Notes under the pieces: generated by a model
The model's input: the letters and a program-made list of their open reading frames with translations, nothing else
Databases searched by the model: none
What the model was told of the DNA's origin: nothing
Position numbers and translations under genes: made by a program
Shown: piece by piece, positions 17,250 to 27,127 of the stretch
Numbering within the stretch: the stretch's first letter is position 1
How the letters are laid out: each line of letters starts with the position of its first letter
From: Deltaproteobacteria bacterium
GTDB taxonomy: Bacteria; Myxococcota; Kuafuiibacteriia; Kuafuiibacteriales; Kuafuiibacteriaceae
NCBI GenBank assembly: GCA_040218735.1
Contig: JAVJQW010000006.1
Coordinates: 149,408 to 213,407, forward strand
DNA: 64,000 nt
Direction: 5' to 3'

Positions 17250-20200
17250 TCAGAGCGGGAGCTTGAAGTCGTCCTTGCCGCTGACCTCCTGGATCGTCGG
17301 CTCGAGCAGGCTCTTCAGGAACTTCTTCGTCGACGCATCCTCGTACAGCGACTTGATCCCGAACGCCTGCGGCGCGTCCGCCATCGACAGCTCGTCGATC
17401 TTCCCGGAGACGGCGTGCACGTACCCGTACAGGCTCTTGGCATCGTAGGGCCCCACGGCCACGGCGATCGCGTCGGCGAACGTCTTGTCCTCGGGGTTGA
17501 TGATGCGTTTGAGCTGACCGAGCGCGGTCTCGCCGAGCTTGTCGATGCCGCCCGAGTTGAGCGCGCCGAGGAGGCCCATCGTCTTCGAGAACGCGAAGCC
17601 GAAGTCGAAGTCGACGTCGGGGTCGCCTTGCCCGAAGGTGAGGGTCACCGCCCAGATCTTCAGCGTGAAGCCCTGCTCGGGGTTCATCGCCGTCTTGACC
17701 GCGGAGGTCGCGACGCCGCCGAAGATCTCGTTGGCGAGTTTGATCCCCGCGTCCGGGCTCGTGCTCACCGTGGCGACGAACCCGGCGATGAACCCACCGA
17801 GGAACGACAACACGAGTTTGCCCGCGTCGCGCTCACCCTCCGCGTAACTCATCGCCAAACTCATTGCGCCTCCGTACACCGCGGTCTGCGCGATCGCGGT
17901 GGTACTCACGCCGAACACCGTCGGTCCGAGCACCGCCGCGGCCAGCACCCCGGCGGCGTAGGCCGCGACCGCCACCGCGACACCGATCATCGCGCCGGCG
18001 ACGGCCGCCGCTGCGTTGAAGTCGTCGAACGCGTTGGCGGGGTCCGTGAAGATCTTCCCCTCCGTGCCCGCGACGAGGAAACCGACGACCCCCGCGACGA
18101 GCACGGTGATTGCGATGATCGCTCCGACGAAGCGCCCCGACGGATCCTGGAAGGTCACCGGGTTGTTGCTGCCGAACGCGTACCGGTTGTGCGGGACGGC
18201 CTGCATCGGGTCGGAGCCGATCGAACGGTCCGCGCTGATGAAGCGCCCGAGGTCCGCGTCGTAGTAGCGCGCCTGCATGAACATCAGGTCCGTGGTGCGG
18301 TCCAGCTCGTGCCCGCCGAACTTCGGCCGGAACTCATCCGTGCCGGAGCTCGACGCGTGAATCTCGCCGTACGGCGTGTAGTTCACGTGCGCGCTCTTGT
18401 TCCCGCTCTCGTCGGTGACCACCGTGGTGGAGCCGACCTGGTCCTGGTGCAGATAGCGCACGCCCACCGCGGGCTCACCCACGCCGTGGGCGCCCGGCGA
18501 CATCGCCGCCGAAGCCGAGCCCGAGCCGTGCGTCACGAAGAACACCGCTGCGACCGCCGCCGCGAGCGCGGGGCTGAAGCGCGGACGACCGTACAGCTTC
18601 ATGTCACGGCGACGACGGCGTAGGCCGACGAGCAGCAACAGGCACAGCACCGCGGGGAGCGCCACGGTGGTCACGCGCCACGCGGTACGACCCGCCGGCG
18701 ACGTCACGTACGCGAGCGCCGTGTGCCACGCGACGCGCGGACCGCCCGAGAGCGTCGCCGGATCGAACATCGCGGCGAGCATCTCGTGCTGACGCGACTC
18801 GAACTGCTCGACGAGCATCACCTCGGTGCGGGTGATCTGCGCGACGCGACCGGACGGCCCCTGCAGGTACTTCGTGTGCCGCGTCGGCCCCGACGCGGGG
18901 ACCGTGACCTCGTAGTCACTGCCGACGTAGTAGGTCGTGCTGCCTGTGGCCTCGACCTTCTTGAGCCGGTGCCCGTCCTGGTCGTAGACGAAGCTCGTCG
19001 CCTGACCGTTCTTGACGACCTGCACGAGGAGGTCCTCTTCGTTCCAGGTGTACGTCCACTGGTCGGTGCCTCGCGTCTTCTGCGTGAGGTTGCCGTTCGC
19101 GTCGTAGCTCATCGCGGTGCCGTCGCTGCGGCTCGTCGGTCGGTGACCGCCGAGCGCGTACTGGTACGTCTCCGTGATGAGGTTGTTCTCCGTCCGCTCG
19201 AGGAAGCTCCCGCCCGAGGAGTACACGTAGCTCCGAAGCCCGTAGGGACCCTCGGCGAACGCGAGCTCGCCGCGCGGCGTGTACTCGAAGTTCTGCGAGT
19301 CGGAGCCGAGCTGGTCGGTGATCTTCGTGATCTGATCGACGTCGTCCCACGCGTAGGTGAGGTCGAGCAGCGCGTTCTCACCTTCCTCCTCCTCCGCGCA
19401 CGGGTCGGAGGGGACACCGCTGGGGTGCGCCGTCAGACGGTGCCTCGACATCCGCGCGGTGACGACGTCGAAGTCGTAACAAGCCACGACGTCGTTGCCG
19501 AACGTCACCTGACCCACGCGACCGGATGCGTCGTAGTCCTCGTAGACCGCGTAGGGCGTGAACACGCCGTCCGCGTCGCCCGGCTCCCACAGCGCGATCT
19601 CCTCGAGGAACCGCGCCGAGTCGAACCCGTAGCGCGCGATCGAGCCGTCCGGGAAGCTCCGCTCCACGACGTTCCCCATCGCGTCGTGCCGCGTGCTCCA
19701 CGTGTACGCGACACCGTCGATCGTGAGCTGCGCGGCCGACTGCCGACCGTAGGCGTCGTAGCTCGTGGCGTAGGTGTGGTCCGGTCCGACGACCGACGTC
19801 AGCCGGCCCAACCCATTGGTCAGTGAAGAATCGTCGTAGCCGTAGCTGATCGTCCGCGCCGTCGCCGCGTTGGGCGCGAGGAACGACTTGGTCAGCGTCC
19901 GCCCCAGCGCGTCGTACGTACGCGACGCCTGGTTGCCGTTGGCGTCCGTCTCCAGCGACAGCTGTCCGAAGACGTCGTAGTCGAAGTGCGTCGTCCCGGT
20001 GTCGGTGTCCGCGACGGACCGCTTCCGGCCGATGGTGTCGTACGTCGTGGTGGTGGTCGCGTCCGGGCTCGTCACCGACGTCAGTCGGCCGAGCGGGTCG
20101 TACGCGTAGGTCGTCGTCGCGAACGTCGCGTCGACCTTCTTCACGAGGTTGTCGCGGAAGTCGACGTGGACGGTCGTCACCGACTGGTTCGGCTCCGTAC

Positions 20201-23200
20201 GCGTCATGACCATCGCGTGCGTCGAGGTGTCGTAGTCCGTGTACGCCGTCTCGATGCGACGCCCGTCGTGCAGGACGAACGCGGTCGGACGTGACTTCAC
20301 GTCGTACTCACTCTCCACCCAGCGCGGAACGGAACCCTCGAAGTAGGGCTCGGTGGTCCTCAGGACGAGCGTGTCGCGGAAGTACTCGCGGTCGCGAACG
20401 ATCGCGCTGCTGCCGATGCCGCGGCGACGCTCGCGGACGACTCGTCCCTGCACGTCGGTCCACGTCTCCGTCCAGTCCCACTCCTCCGGGCCGACGTGGT
20501 CGCGGAGGTTCCAGGTCTGCGTGACGAGGCCGAGGAACTCATCCTCGACGGGGTGTGTGTAGACGAACCTTCGGAACGGGGCCGCGTTGCCGTTTTCGTC
20601 GGGACCGAGGATCTCCAGCGGACGACCGAACGCGTCGAGCTCGATGGTCACGGTGTTGCCGCTGACGTCCGACCGCTCGACCTCGAGCGCGAAGCGCGGA
20701 TCGACCCGCTTCACGATCTTCTGGCCGATCGCGTTGATGATGAGCGCGAGGTGACCGAAGCCGTCGTACTCGTACTCGGTGGTGCCGAGGGGGGACGTGG
20801 CGGAGGTGACCAGGCCGCGAGCGTCGTAGGTCTTCTCCTGGCCGAGCCACTGCTGGTGGGTGTCGTCCCACGAACCCTCGAAGAGCACGTTCATGCGCGA
20901 GGGGAGGTCGTAGGTGACCTTGCGGTGGCTCAACGGGACGTTCGGGTTGCCCTGGTGAATCTTCACCTCGTACGGGTAGCCGATTCGCCAGGCGCTGAGA
21001 TCGTTGTGATAGAGCGTGTCGGTGATCAGCAGCGCCGATGGGTTCGCGGAGTCCGGCGTGTCGGACATCTGCACGGGGTTGCCGAACGTGTCGTAGCTGA
21101 ACGAACGCACCGCGCTGATGCACGCGTTCTGGCTGCCGAGGATGTACTCACACCGGTTCTGCGACGCGAGCCCCACCCGGTGAAGGTTCGGGTCCGCGAA
21201 GGACGGGTGCTGAACGTCGACGTACGTGAAGTCGATCTGCGCGAGGTCGACGCCGTTGCGGTCGAGGTGCTGGGAGGACGCAAAGCCCGCGAACGGGTGG
21301 TCCTGGCGGTAGGTCGTCGTCAGCGTGGTGCCGTCGGCACGATCCACGGTGACTTCACCGAAGCCGAGGAACCCGTGCCCGGCGAGGTGTGAGCGCGCCT
21401 GCGCGTACGCGTAACGATCCGAGGTGAGTTTGTCCTTGGCGTCGTTCTTCTCTGCCTTACGGACCACGAACAACGGCATGGTGACTTCGCGCTCGGGGTA
21501 GATGGCGCCGCTGCCCGGCGTGTAGACGTCCGAGCGGGTGAGCGGCGCGTACTCGACTTCGAAGCGACCGTAGAGGCCGTCGAGGAACTGTGTCGCGAGG
21601 CCGGTCTTGTACGACTTCGTCCAGTAGAAGTACGACGGGTCGCCGCTCAGCTGGTCGGTGCGCATGAAGATGCCGGTCATGCCCTCCAGGCCGTTGTCGA
21701 TCGCGAGGTAGTCGTCCTGCGGATCCTTCGGGATCGTCTCCTGCCAGACGTAACCGAGCCCATCGCTCAGGTGGATCTGGATGTCCGACGTCTCGTGCGA
21801 AGGATCCCACCGGCGGTTGAAACCGGTGACGAGGTCGGTGCGACCGTCGTCCGTGATGTTCGCGGGGCTCAGGCGGTGACGCCAGTCGATGCCGCCGACG
21901 GTGTAACCCCAGTCGCGGAAGTACCAGTTGTTCGGCGCGAGGTCGATCTGCACCTGGTAGGTCTGCGTGAGGCGCGGCGTGAGCGTGCGCCCGTTGCCGA
22001 AGAAGATGAGCAAGTTCTCTTGCAGGTCGGACTGCGCCTGGCTGGGCGGCGCCGTGTTGCCCTTGCGCGCCGAGCCGACGACGAGCGCGTCGGAGCGCCC
22101 GTCGCCGTTCACGTCGGAGGCGAGGATCTCGTAGAACGGATGCGGCCAGACGTCCGCCCAGTCCTTGGTCAACGTGCCCGACTGGGACGCGACGAGGAGC
22201 GTGATGCGCGAGTGTCCGCCGTACTGCGGGTCCGAGCCGCCCGAGGCGTGGAACGGGAAGCGGACCAGGAAGTCGACGCGCCCGTCGCCCGTGAAGTCAC
22301 CCGGGGTGAAGACGGGACCGTAATACTTCTCGTAGTCGAGGAGCATCGGAATAGCCGGCGCGGGCGGGACGTCGTCGAGCGTCCCCGTCTGGTGGAGGGT
22401 GAAGCCCGTCGGGGTGGTCAAAAACACGCGGAAGTCGAACATCAGCGCGAAGTCACCCGTCTCGGTGAGCTCGCGGTTCTTGATGGCGAGGACGTCTGCG
22501 CGTGCGTCGCCGTCGATGTCACCGATGTGAATGGTGTCCGCGAGGGAGATCTCGCCGCCGGTCTGTGCCGGCGTGTTCGAGAGGCCGTTCTCCGCAGAGC
22601 CGAGGAAGATCTCGTAGCCACCCGCGTTGTCGATCAGCGGGTGCTTGAGCCAGATGAGATCCGTACAGCCGTCGGCGTTGAAGTCACCCGCGTGGAAGCG
22701 CGGGCCCCAGTCCTGCGGGTTGCCGAAGGTGTCTTCGTAGTTTCCTGCGTTGACCGAGAACGGCTTGACCACGCGCAGGTTCGCGCTCTGGGGGGAGGTG
22801 ACGATCTGGTAGTCCGCGACCGGGTAGACGAAGTCCTGGCGGCCGTCGCAGTTGAAGTCACCCGAAGCGCCTTCGCCGTAGAGTGATGGCGAGCGAATCC
22901 CGAACTGCGGGTCGAGCGCGGAGTGATACTCCGAGAACGAAAACATCGACGTCGCGTTGGCGTCGAGGTCCGACCAACTCACCAGCGTCGGCGGGTAACA
23001 AACCGCGCCGGAGCACTCCTTTACACGATCGACGAAGAGTTGATCGCGGAGGTTCAGCGGACCGGTTTGGAACTCATAGTGTTTGACCTCGTCGAAGTTG
23101 GGCCCGTCCTTGACGTAGGTGCGGATGTGCTCGAGGGCCTTGTCTCGCACGATGCGGGCGCCACCCACGTAGCGGTTGTGGCGCTCGGTGTGGGTCGTGT

Positions 23201-24137
23201 ACTCGAACTCGACGACGCGATCGAACGGGACCTGCTGGTCGTCGTTCGAGCCGTACTCGATACGGACCGGGGCACAGTATGTCGTCCCGATGTCCTGGTA
23301 GAAGACGCGCATCACGTTGCCGTGGACGTCGGTGAGCTTGGTGAGCGGCCAGTCGAGGCGCGGAGCCTTCTGCCCCTCGACGGAGTCGACCAGCGCGTTG
23401 CAGCTCGACATCTCTTCGAGGCCGCCGAACTCCGCGGTCGAGCCGTTCTTGAGCTCCGCCTGGAAGGTGCACGGGCCCGAGAAGGTCGCCTCGGCGCCGG
23501 TGTTCTGGTCCCACGGCTGCCCCTCCTCGGCGGAGGACGCGGGGAGCTTCACCGTCGCGCGACAGCTGCCTGTGCTCTCGAAGCGGCTCCAGGTCTGCAT
23601 CTCGGTCAGGTAATTCGTGCCCGGCTCGCCGTAGTCGCCCGAGATGGCGAGGAGGCGGAGGCCGCCGGTGCAGAATCGGTCGTCGTCGTCGAGGCGGACC
23701 GCGCCCACCGCGCCGTCGTGCACCTTCGTGCGGGCGCAGCGCTCGACCCTCGGGAGGCCGGCGAGCGTGAAGCCGACGCCGAGGGCGCTGTCACCGGCCT
23801 GGCTGTTGTAGGTCGCGGCGAGCTTCGGCTCGATTCCGCCGATGCCCGGGGGCACCTCGATCGGGATTGCGTAGGTTGCAGCGCCGGTCGCGTTCACGTC
23901 GAACGCGGCTTCGATGCGGCCGACCGCGTACGGTGACTCGGGGACGGGTTCACCGCCCTCCGGTCCCGAGGGGGGTTCGGGTGGGTCTCTCGGAGGGGGC
24001 GGTGGCGGTCTGCCGGGCTCGCTCCCCGGCGGTGGGGTGCGCGCTTCGTCACGCGCGACGCCGTTGAGCTCGTCGCTCGAGCAGCCCGCGATGACGAGCG
24101 CGATGGTGAGAAGGTGAGTTGGGAATCGAATGTTCAT
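17250..24137 (-). CDS. Giant RHS/YD-repeat protein with fused TcB/TcC-like architecture, predicted lipoprotein, hydrophobic C-terminal cargo
   Basis: IAGC lipobox; SpvB-like N-domain (GAATYAIPIEVPPG...PKLAATYNS); about six FG-GAP-like D-x-x-x-D-G repeats; GFLGF motif; many YDxxGR repeats; RHS core ARYYDADLGRFISAD and NNPVTFQDPSG. Confidence 0.92.
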   Translation of the reverse strand: MNIRFPTHLLTIALVIAGCSSDELNGVARDEARTPPPGSEPGRPPPPPPRDPPEPPSGPEGGEPVPESPYAVGRIEAAFDVNATGAATYAIPIEVPPGIGGIEPKLAATYNSQAGDSALGVGFTLAGLPRVERCARTKVHDGAVGAVRLDDDDRFCTGGLRLLAISGDYGEPGTNYLTEMQTWSRFESTGSCRATVKLPASSAEEGQPWDQNTGAEATFSGPCTFQAELKNGSTAEFGGLEEMSSCNALVDSVEGQKAPRLDWPLTKLTDVHGNVMRVFYQDIGTTYCAPVRIEYGSNDDQQVPFDRVVEFEYTTHTERHNRYVGGARIVRDKALEHIRTYVKDGPNFDEVKHYEFQTGPLNLRDQLFVDRVKECSGAVCYPPTLVSWSDLDANATSMFSFSEYHSALDPQFGIRSPSLYGEGASGDFNCDGRQDFVYPVADYQIVTSPQSANLRVVKPFSVNAGNYEDTFGNPQDWGPRFHAGDFNADGCTDLIWLKHPLIDNAGGYEIFLGSAENGLSNTPAQTGGEISLADTIHIGDIDGDARADVLAIKNRELTETGDFALMFDFRVFLTTPTGFTLHQTGTLDDVPPAPAIPMLLDYEKYYGPVFTPGDFTGDGRVDFLVRFPFHASGGSDPQYGGHSRITLLVASQSGTLTKDWADVWPHPFYEILASDVNGDGRSDALVVGSARKGNTAPPSQAQSDLQENLLIFFGNGRTLTPRLTQTYQVQIDLAPNNWYFRDWGYTVGGIDWRHRLSPANITDDGRTDLVTGFNRRWDPSHETSDIQIHLSDGLGYVWQETIPKDPQDDYLAIDNGLEGMTGIFMRTDQLSGDPSYFYWTKSYKTGLATQFLDGLYGRFEVEYAPLTRSDVYTPGSGAIYPEREVTMPLFVVRKAEKNDAKDKLTSDRYAYAQARSHLAGHGFLGFGEVTVDRADGTTLTTTYRQDHPFAGFASSQHLDRNGVDLAQIDFTYVDVQHPSFADPNLHRVGLASQNRCEYILGSQNACISAVRSFSYDTFGNPVQMSDTPDSANPSALLITDTLYHNDLSAWRIGYPYEVKIHQGNPNVPLSHRKVTYDLPSRMNVLFEGSWDDTHQQWLGQEKTYDARGLVTSATSPLGTTEYEYDGFGHLALIINAIGQKIVKRVDPRFALEVERSDVSGNTVTIELDAFGRPLEILGPDENGNAAPFRRFVYTHPVEDEFLGLVTQTWNLRDHVGPEEWDWTETWTDVQGRVVRERRRGIGSSAIVRDREYFRDTLVLRTTEPYFEGSVPRWVESEYDVKSRPTAFVLHDGRRIETAYTDYDTSTHAMVMTRTEPNQSVTTVHVDFRDNLVKKVDATFATTTYAYDPLGRLTSVTSPDATTTTTYDTIGRKRSVADTDTGTTHFDYDVFGQLSLETDANGNQASRTYDALGRTLTKSFLAPNAATARTISYGYDDSSLTNGLGRLTSVVGPDHTYATSYDAYGRQSAAQLTIDGVAYTWSTRHDAMGNVVERSFPDGSIARYGFDSARFLEEIALWEPGDADGVFTPYAVYEDYDASGRVGQVTFGNDVVACYDFDVVTARMSRHRLTAHPSGVPSDPCAEEEEGENALLDLTYAWDDVDQITKITDQLGSDSQNFEYTPRGELAFAEGPYGLRSYVYSSGGSFLERTENNLITETYQYALGGHRPTSRSDGTAMSYDANGNLTQKTRGTDQWTYTWNEEDLLVQVVKNGQATSFVYDQDGHRLKKVEATGSTTYYVGSDYEVTVPASGPTRHTKYLQGPSGRVAQITRTEVMLVEQFESRQHEMLAAMFDPATLSGGPRVAWHTALAYVTSPAGRTAWRVTTVALPAVLCLLLLVGLRRRRRDMKLYGRPRFSPALAAAVAAVFFVTHGSGSASAAMSPGAHGVGEPAVGVRYLHQDQVGSTTVVTDESGNKSAHVNYTPYGEIHASSSGTDEFRPKFGGHELDRTTDLMFMQARYYDADLGRFISADRSIGSDPMQAVPHNRYAFGSNNPVTFQDPSGRFVGAIIAITVLVAGVVGFLVAGTEGKIFTDPANAFDDFNAAAAVAGAMIGVAVAVAAYAAGVLAAAVLGPTVFGVSTTAIAQTAVYGGAMSLAMSYAEGERDAGKLVLSFLGGFIAGFVATVSTSPDAGIKLANEIFGGVATSAVKTAMNPEQGFTLKIWAVTLTFGQGDPDVDFDFGFAFSKTMGLLGALNSGGIDKLGETALGQLKRIINPEDKTFADAIAVAVGPYDAKSLYGYVHAVSGKIDELSMADAPQAFGIKSLYEDASTKKFLKSLLEPTIQEVSGKDDFKLPL

Positions 24138-24180
24138 GCCTGCGAATAGCCAAAAGCTCCGCAGGATTTTTTGATGAGTT

Positions 24181-24816
24181 TCAGTCGCCGAGGAACGCGC
24201 GCGTCAACTCACGGATTTTGTGCTGCCAGTTGTAGACGACCTGAACCTTTACACCCATGAGACGAGCGACTTCGTTCGGTGAGCGGCCGTCGGTATAGGC
24301 GTGCCGAAACACGAGCTGACCTCGCGTCGGGAGAGCCTCTTGAAGATGCGCGCTGAGGCGCGCCGCGAGGTCGCGAGCGAGGAGCCCCTCCTCCGGCGAT
24401 GGGTTCGGTGTCGTCATCGAGTCCAACGCGTCGGAGCCGAGCGCTCTAAGGTGACCGCCGCGTTTCTGCGCGGCGGCCCGCGTCCTCAGGCGCGTGATCT
24501 CGCGCTCCGCGACGAGGCCGACGTAGCGCTCCAGCGACAGTCCGCGATCGGGATCCCACGCGCGCAGTCGTTCGCCGCCGCGACCGACGAGCACGAGCCA
24601 GACCTCCTGGATCATGTCGTCCACGGTGTCCGGGATCTTCTGACGAGGGTCCCGCGCGCGCGCGCGCCGCGCACGCGCGCGCACGACGGGGAGCAGCCGG
24701 GCGACGAGCTCGTCGCCCGCGGCTGCGTCCCCCGCCAACGCCTGGCGGACGAGGAGCTGATCGTGCTCGACGACCTCGGCCTCGAGCCCGGCCGGTCTGG
24801 CGGTTTCGGTGCTCAT
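24181..24816 (-). CDS. ECF-type sigma-70 factor
   Basis: Region 2 (DDMIQEVW...WDPDRG) and region 4 HTH (SPNEVARLMGVKVQVVYNW); 211 aa. Confidence 0.88.
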   Translation of the reverse strand: MSTETARPAGLEAEVVEHDQLLVRQALAGDAAAGDELVARLLPVVRARARRARARDPRQKIPDTVDDMIQEVWLVLVGRGGERLRAWDPDRGLSLERYVGLVAEREITRLRTRAAAQKRGGHLRALGSDALDSMTTPNPSPEEGLLARDLAARLSAHLQEALPTRGQLVFRHAYTDGRSPNEVARLMGVKVQVVYNWQHKIRELTRAFLGD

Positions 24817-24826
24817 GGCTGTTCGC

Positions 24827-27127
24827 TCAGTGGTGCAGGTCGATGGCCGAGAAGTCCGTTACGGTCTTGGCGTCGGGCTCGGTGATGTTCACGACGAGTC
24901 CTGCCTTCACGTCATCGAGGTTGCTGAAGTCGATGCTCGAGCCGTTGAGGTCCACCTCGATGTCGAGGTGGTTGCCGAGCACCCAGTCGACGTCGGGGGA
25001 GGCCGGCAGCGCGATGTACTCCTCCGTCAGCTTGCCGTTCACGAGGGGCGGCCCGTTGAGGACGAGGTAGGGGTTGTCGATCGCCGTCTTCGGATCGCCG
25101 TCGGCGGTGAGCTCCAGCGACATGACGATCTTCCCCGGCTCGAACTGCGCGGGGCAGTCGGGGCACAGTGGAACGATCGGCTGCGGACCCAGCGAGCCGA
25201 TCGCGGTGCGCTCCGGGTGGCTCTCGAAGGGGCACTGCGCACCGCAGGCGGCCACGTCCTGCCAGGGGGCGGTGGCCGCCGCGTCGCCGCAGACGATGCG
25301 CCCCGAAGTGTAGCTCGGGTTCCACGTGATGGGGCCGGGGCGCGACGGCGTGGTGCAGTCCGGCGCAAAGCCACACGCCTGCACCTCGGCGGCACACGCG
25401 GCGAGCGTGCCGGCGGGGATGGGCTCGGTACCGACGATGTTCTGCGCGCAGGTGACCAGCGCCGGACAGCTCCGCAGCGCGTGGTCGAGGCGGTCGACGG
25501 CGAGCATGCGAACCGGGACGCCGGCGGCGGTCGGACGGCAGAGGTCACGCCCCGTCAGGTAGAGCACGCGGGCCAGCGCGAGGCGCGTCAGCGGCGCGTC
25601 GCCTTGCATGAGCCGCTGGTGTTGGGCGCGGGCGGCGGCGCCAGCAACGAGCGCGGCGCTCACGGAGCTCCCGGTGAATGCGCGGGGGAGGGCGTCGAGG
25701 TAGTCGTTCGTCCCGCCCGCGCCGCAGAGCGGATCCTTGGGCATCCCGTGGGCGGCCGAGTTGGCGGCGTAGACGTGTTGGCCCGGCGCGACGAGCGGCG
25801 GCTCTGCGCCGGGGATCGCGACACCCGTGGCGCGCAAGCGTTCGTCGACGGCGCCGACCGCGATCGCCGCGTGGGTGATCGTCGGATCGTTCACGCGGCA
25901 GGTCGCTTCCTGGCTCCACTGCCCGGGGTAGTACAGCGCCGGGGTGTTCGGCGTCGCGCCACACGTCACGTGGAGGACGTTCGCCGGCGGCGTCGGGAAC
26001 GTGCCGGCCGGGACGCGGACGGCGCGGTTGCCGGACGCGGCGCTGACGAAGACCGGACGCTGTCCGTCGCGATCCATCCGCGCGGCGACGTCGAGCATGT
26101 AACGAATGACTTCGCCGGCTGCGTTCTCGTGGCTGGTGCACGAACCTCCGACGCCGCTGATGCCCGCCGGCTGCGCGAGCTCGGGCGGGAAGCCGAGGCT
26201 CATCTGCAGGACGAGCGGGCGCGGCGGGCTGGTGTTCGTCCCGCCAAAGAGCGCGGCGTCGATGCCGATCGCGACGTCGGCCATCGTGCCCTGACCGCCG
26301 GCGTCCAGCACCGCGATGTCCGTCATGCGGAGGCTGGGGCCGACCTGCCGCGCGAACGTCGCCATCCCGCGCCCGTGGACGTGGTGGTTCGTTCGGTTCG
26401 GGTGAAGGTCCGTCACCGAGGTGACGCCGAGGGAAGCGTGCAACGCCGCGCCGACGCCGGCGTCGATCAGCGCGAGGTCGACGAGCTCTTCGCTCGACGC
26501 CGGCGGCGATACGCCTTCGCTGGCGGGGAGGCCGATGTCCGTGAGGTGCCACGTCAGCATGTCGTGGGTGGGGACCGCCTGGGCGCTCGCGACCGAGGCG
26601 TCACACTCGCGGCCGACGTAGAACTCGTCGTCGGCGAGGAGGCCGTTGCGGTCCGCGATCGTGCTTCGGATCTCTTCGACGGCGTCACACTGCCAGTCCG
26701 GCTGCACGGAGAGCGTCCCGGAGTTGTCCGAGAACCGAACGCGAAGGAAGCGGAGGTGGCCGTCGGCGCGCGCCGCCGGCCAGGCGCGCGCGGGCAGCAC
26801 CGACTCGATCGCGACCGCGACCGGGCCGTTGAGACACGAGGGCTGATTCGGCGGGCAGAACCACTGGCTCGCGTGGCTGGCCAGGTAGCCCTCGAGGTCC
26901 GCGTTGCTCTGCGCGAGGAACGCGAGGTCTGGCCACACGTTGGCGAGGCCGACGGGGATCTCGACGAAGAAGCTGTCGGCCCGACAGGGGCGCGCCGCGG
27001 TGCGAACGCGCGAGGGTCGGGTGCGGGCGGAGTCGATCGTCTGGTCTCGTTGTTCTGGCGCCGGGGATGAGCAGGCGAGGGCGGCCAACGTGGCGGCCAT
27101 CAGGGTGCGCTCGCGCGAAGTCTTCAT
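24827..27127 (-). CDS. Subtilisin-like (S8) serine peptidase, predicted lipoprotein
   Basis: LIDAG (Asp), HGRGMA (His), AASGN (oxyanion Asn), TGSSVSAALVAG (Ser); ALAC lipobox; ATG at 27127 overlaps the upstream stop (ATGA); Cys-rich C-terminus. Confidence 0.85.
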   Translation of the reverse strand: MKTSRERTLMAATLAALACSSPAPEQRDQTIDSARTRPSRVRTAARPCRADSFFVEIPVGLANVWPDLAFLAQSNADLEGYLASHASQWFCPPNQPSCLNGPVAVAIESVLPARAWPAARADGHLRFLRVRFSDNSGTLSVQPDWQCDAVEEIRSTIADRNGLLADDEFYVGRECDASVASAQAVPTHDMLTWHLTDIGLPASEGVSPPASSEELVDLALIDAGVGAALHASLGVTSVTDLHPNRTNHHVHGRGMATFARQVGPSLRMTDIAVLDAGGQGTMADVAIGIDAALFGGTNTSPPRPLVLQMSLGFPPELAQPAGISGVGGSCTSHENAAGEVIRYMLDVAARMDRDGQRPVFVSAASGNRAVRVPAGTFPTPPANVLHVTCGATPNTPALYYPGQWSQEATCRVNDPTITHAAIAVGAVDERLRATGVAIPGAEPPLVAPGQHVYAANSAAHGMPKDPLCGAGGTNDYLDALPRAFTGSSVSAALVAGAAARAQHQRLMQGDAPLTRLALARVLYLTGRDLCRPTAAGVPVRMLAVDRLDHALRSCPALVTCAQNIVGTEPIPAGTLAACAAEVQACGFAPDCTTPSRPGPITWNPSYTSGRIVCGDAAATAPWQDVAACGAQCPFESHPERTAIGSLGPQPIVPLCPDCPAQFEPGKIVMSLELTADGDPKTAIDNPYLVLNGPPLVNGKLTEEYIALPASPDVDWVLGNHLDIEVDLNGSSIDFSNLDDVKAGLVVNITEPDAKTVTDFSAIDLHH

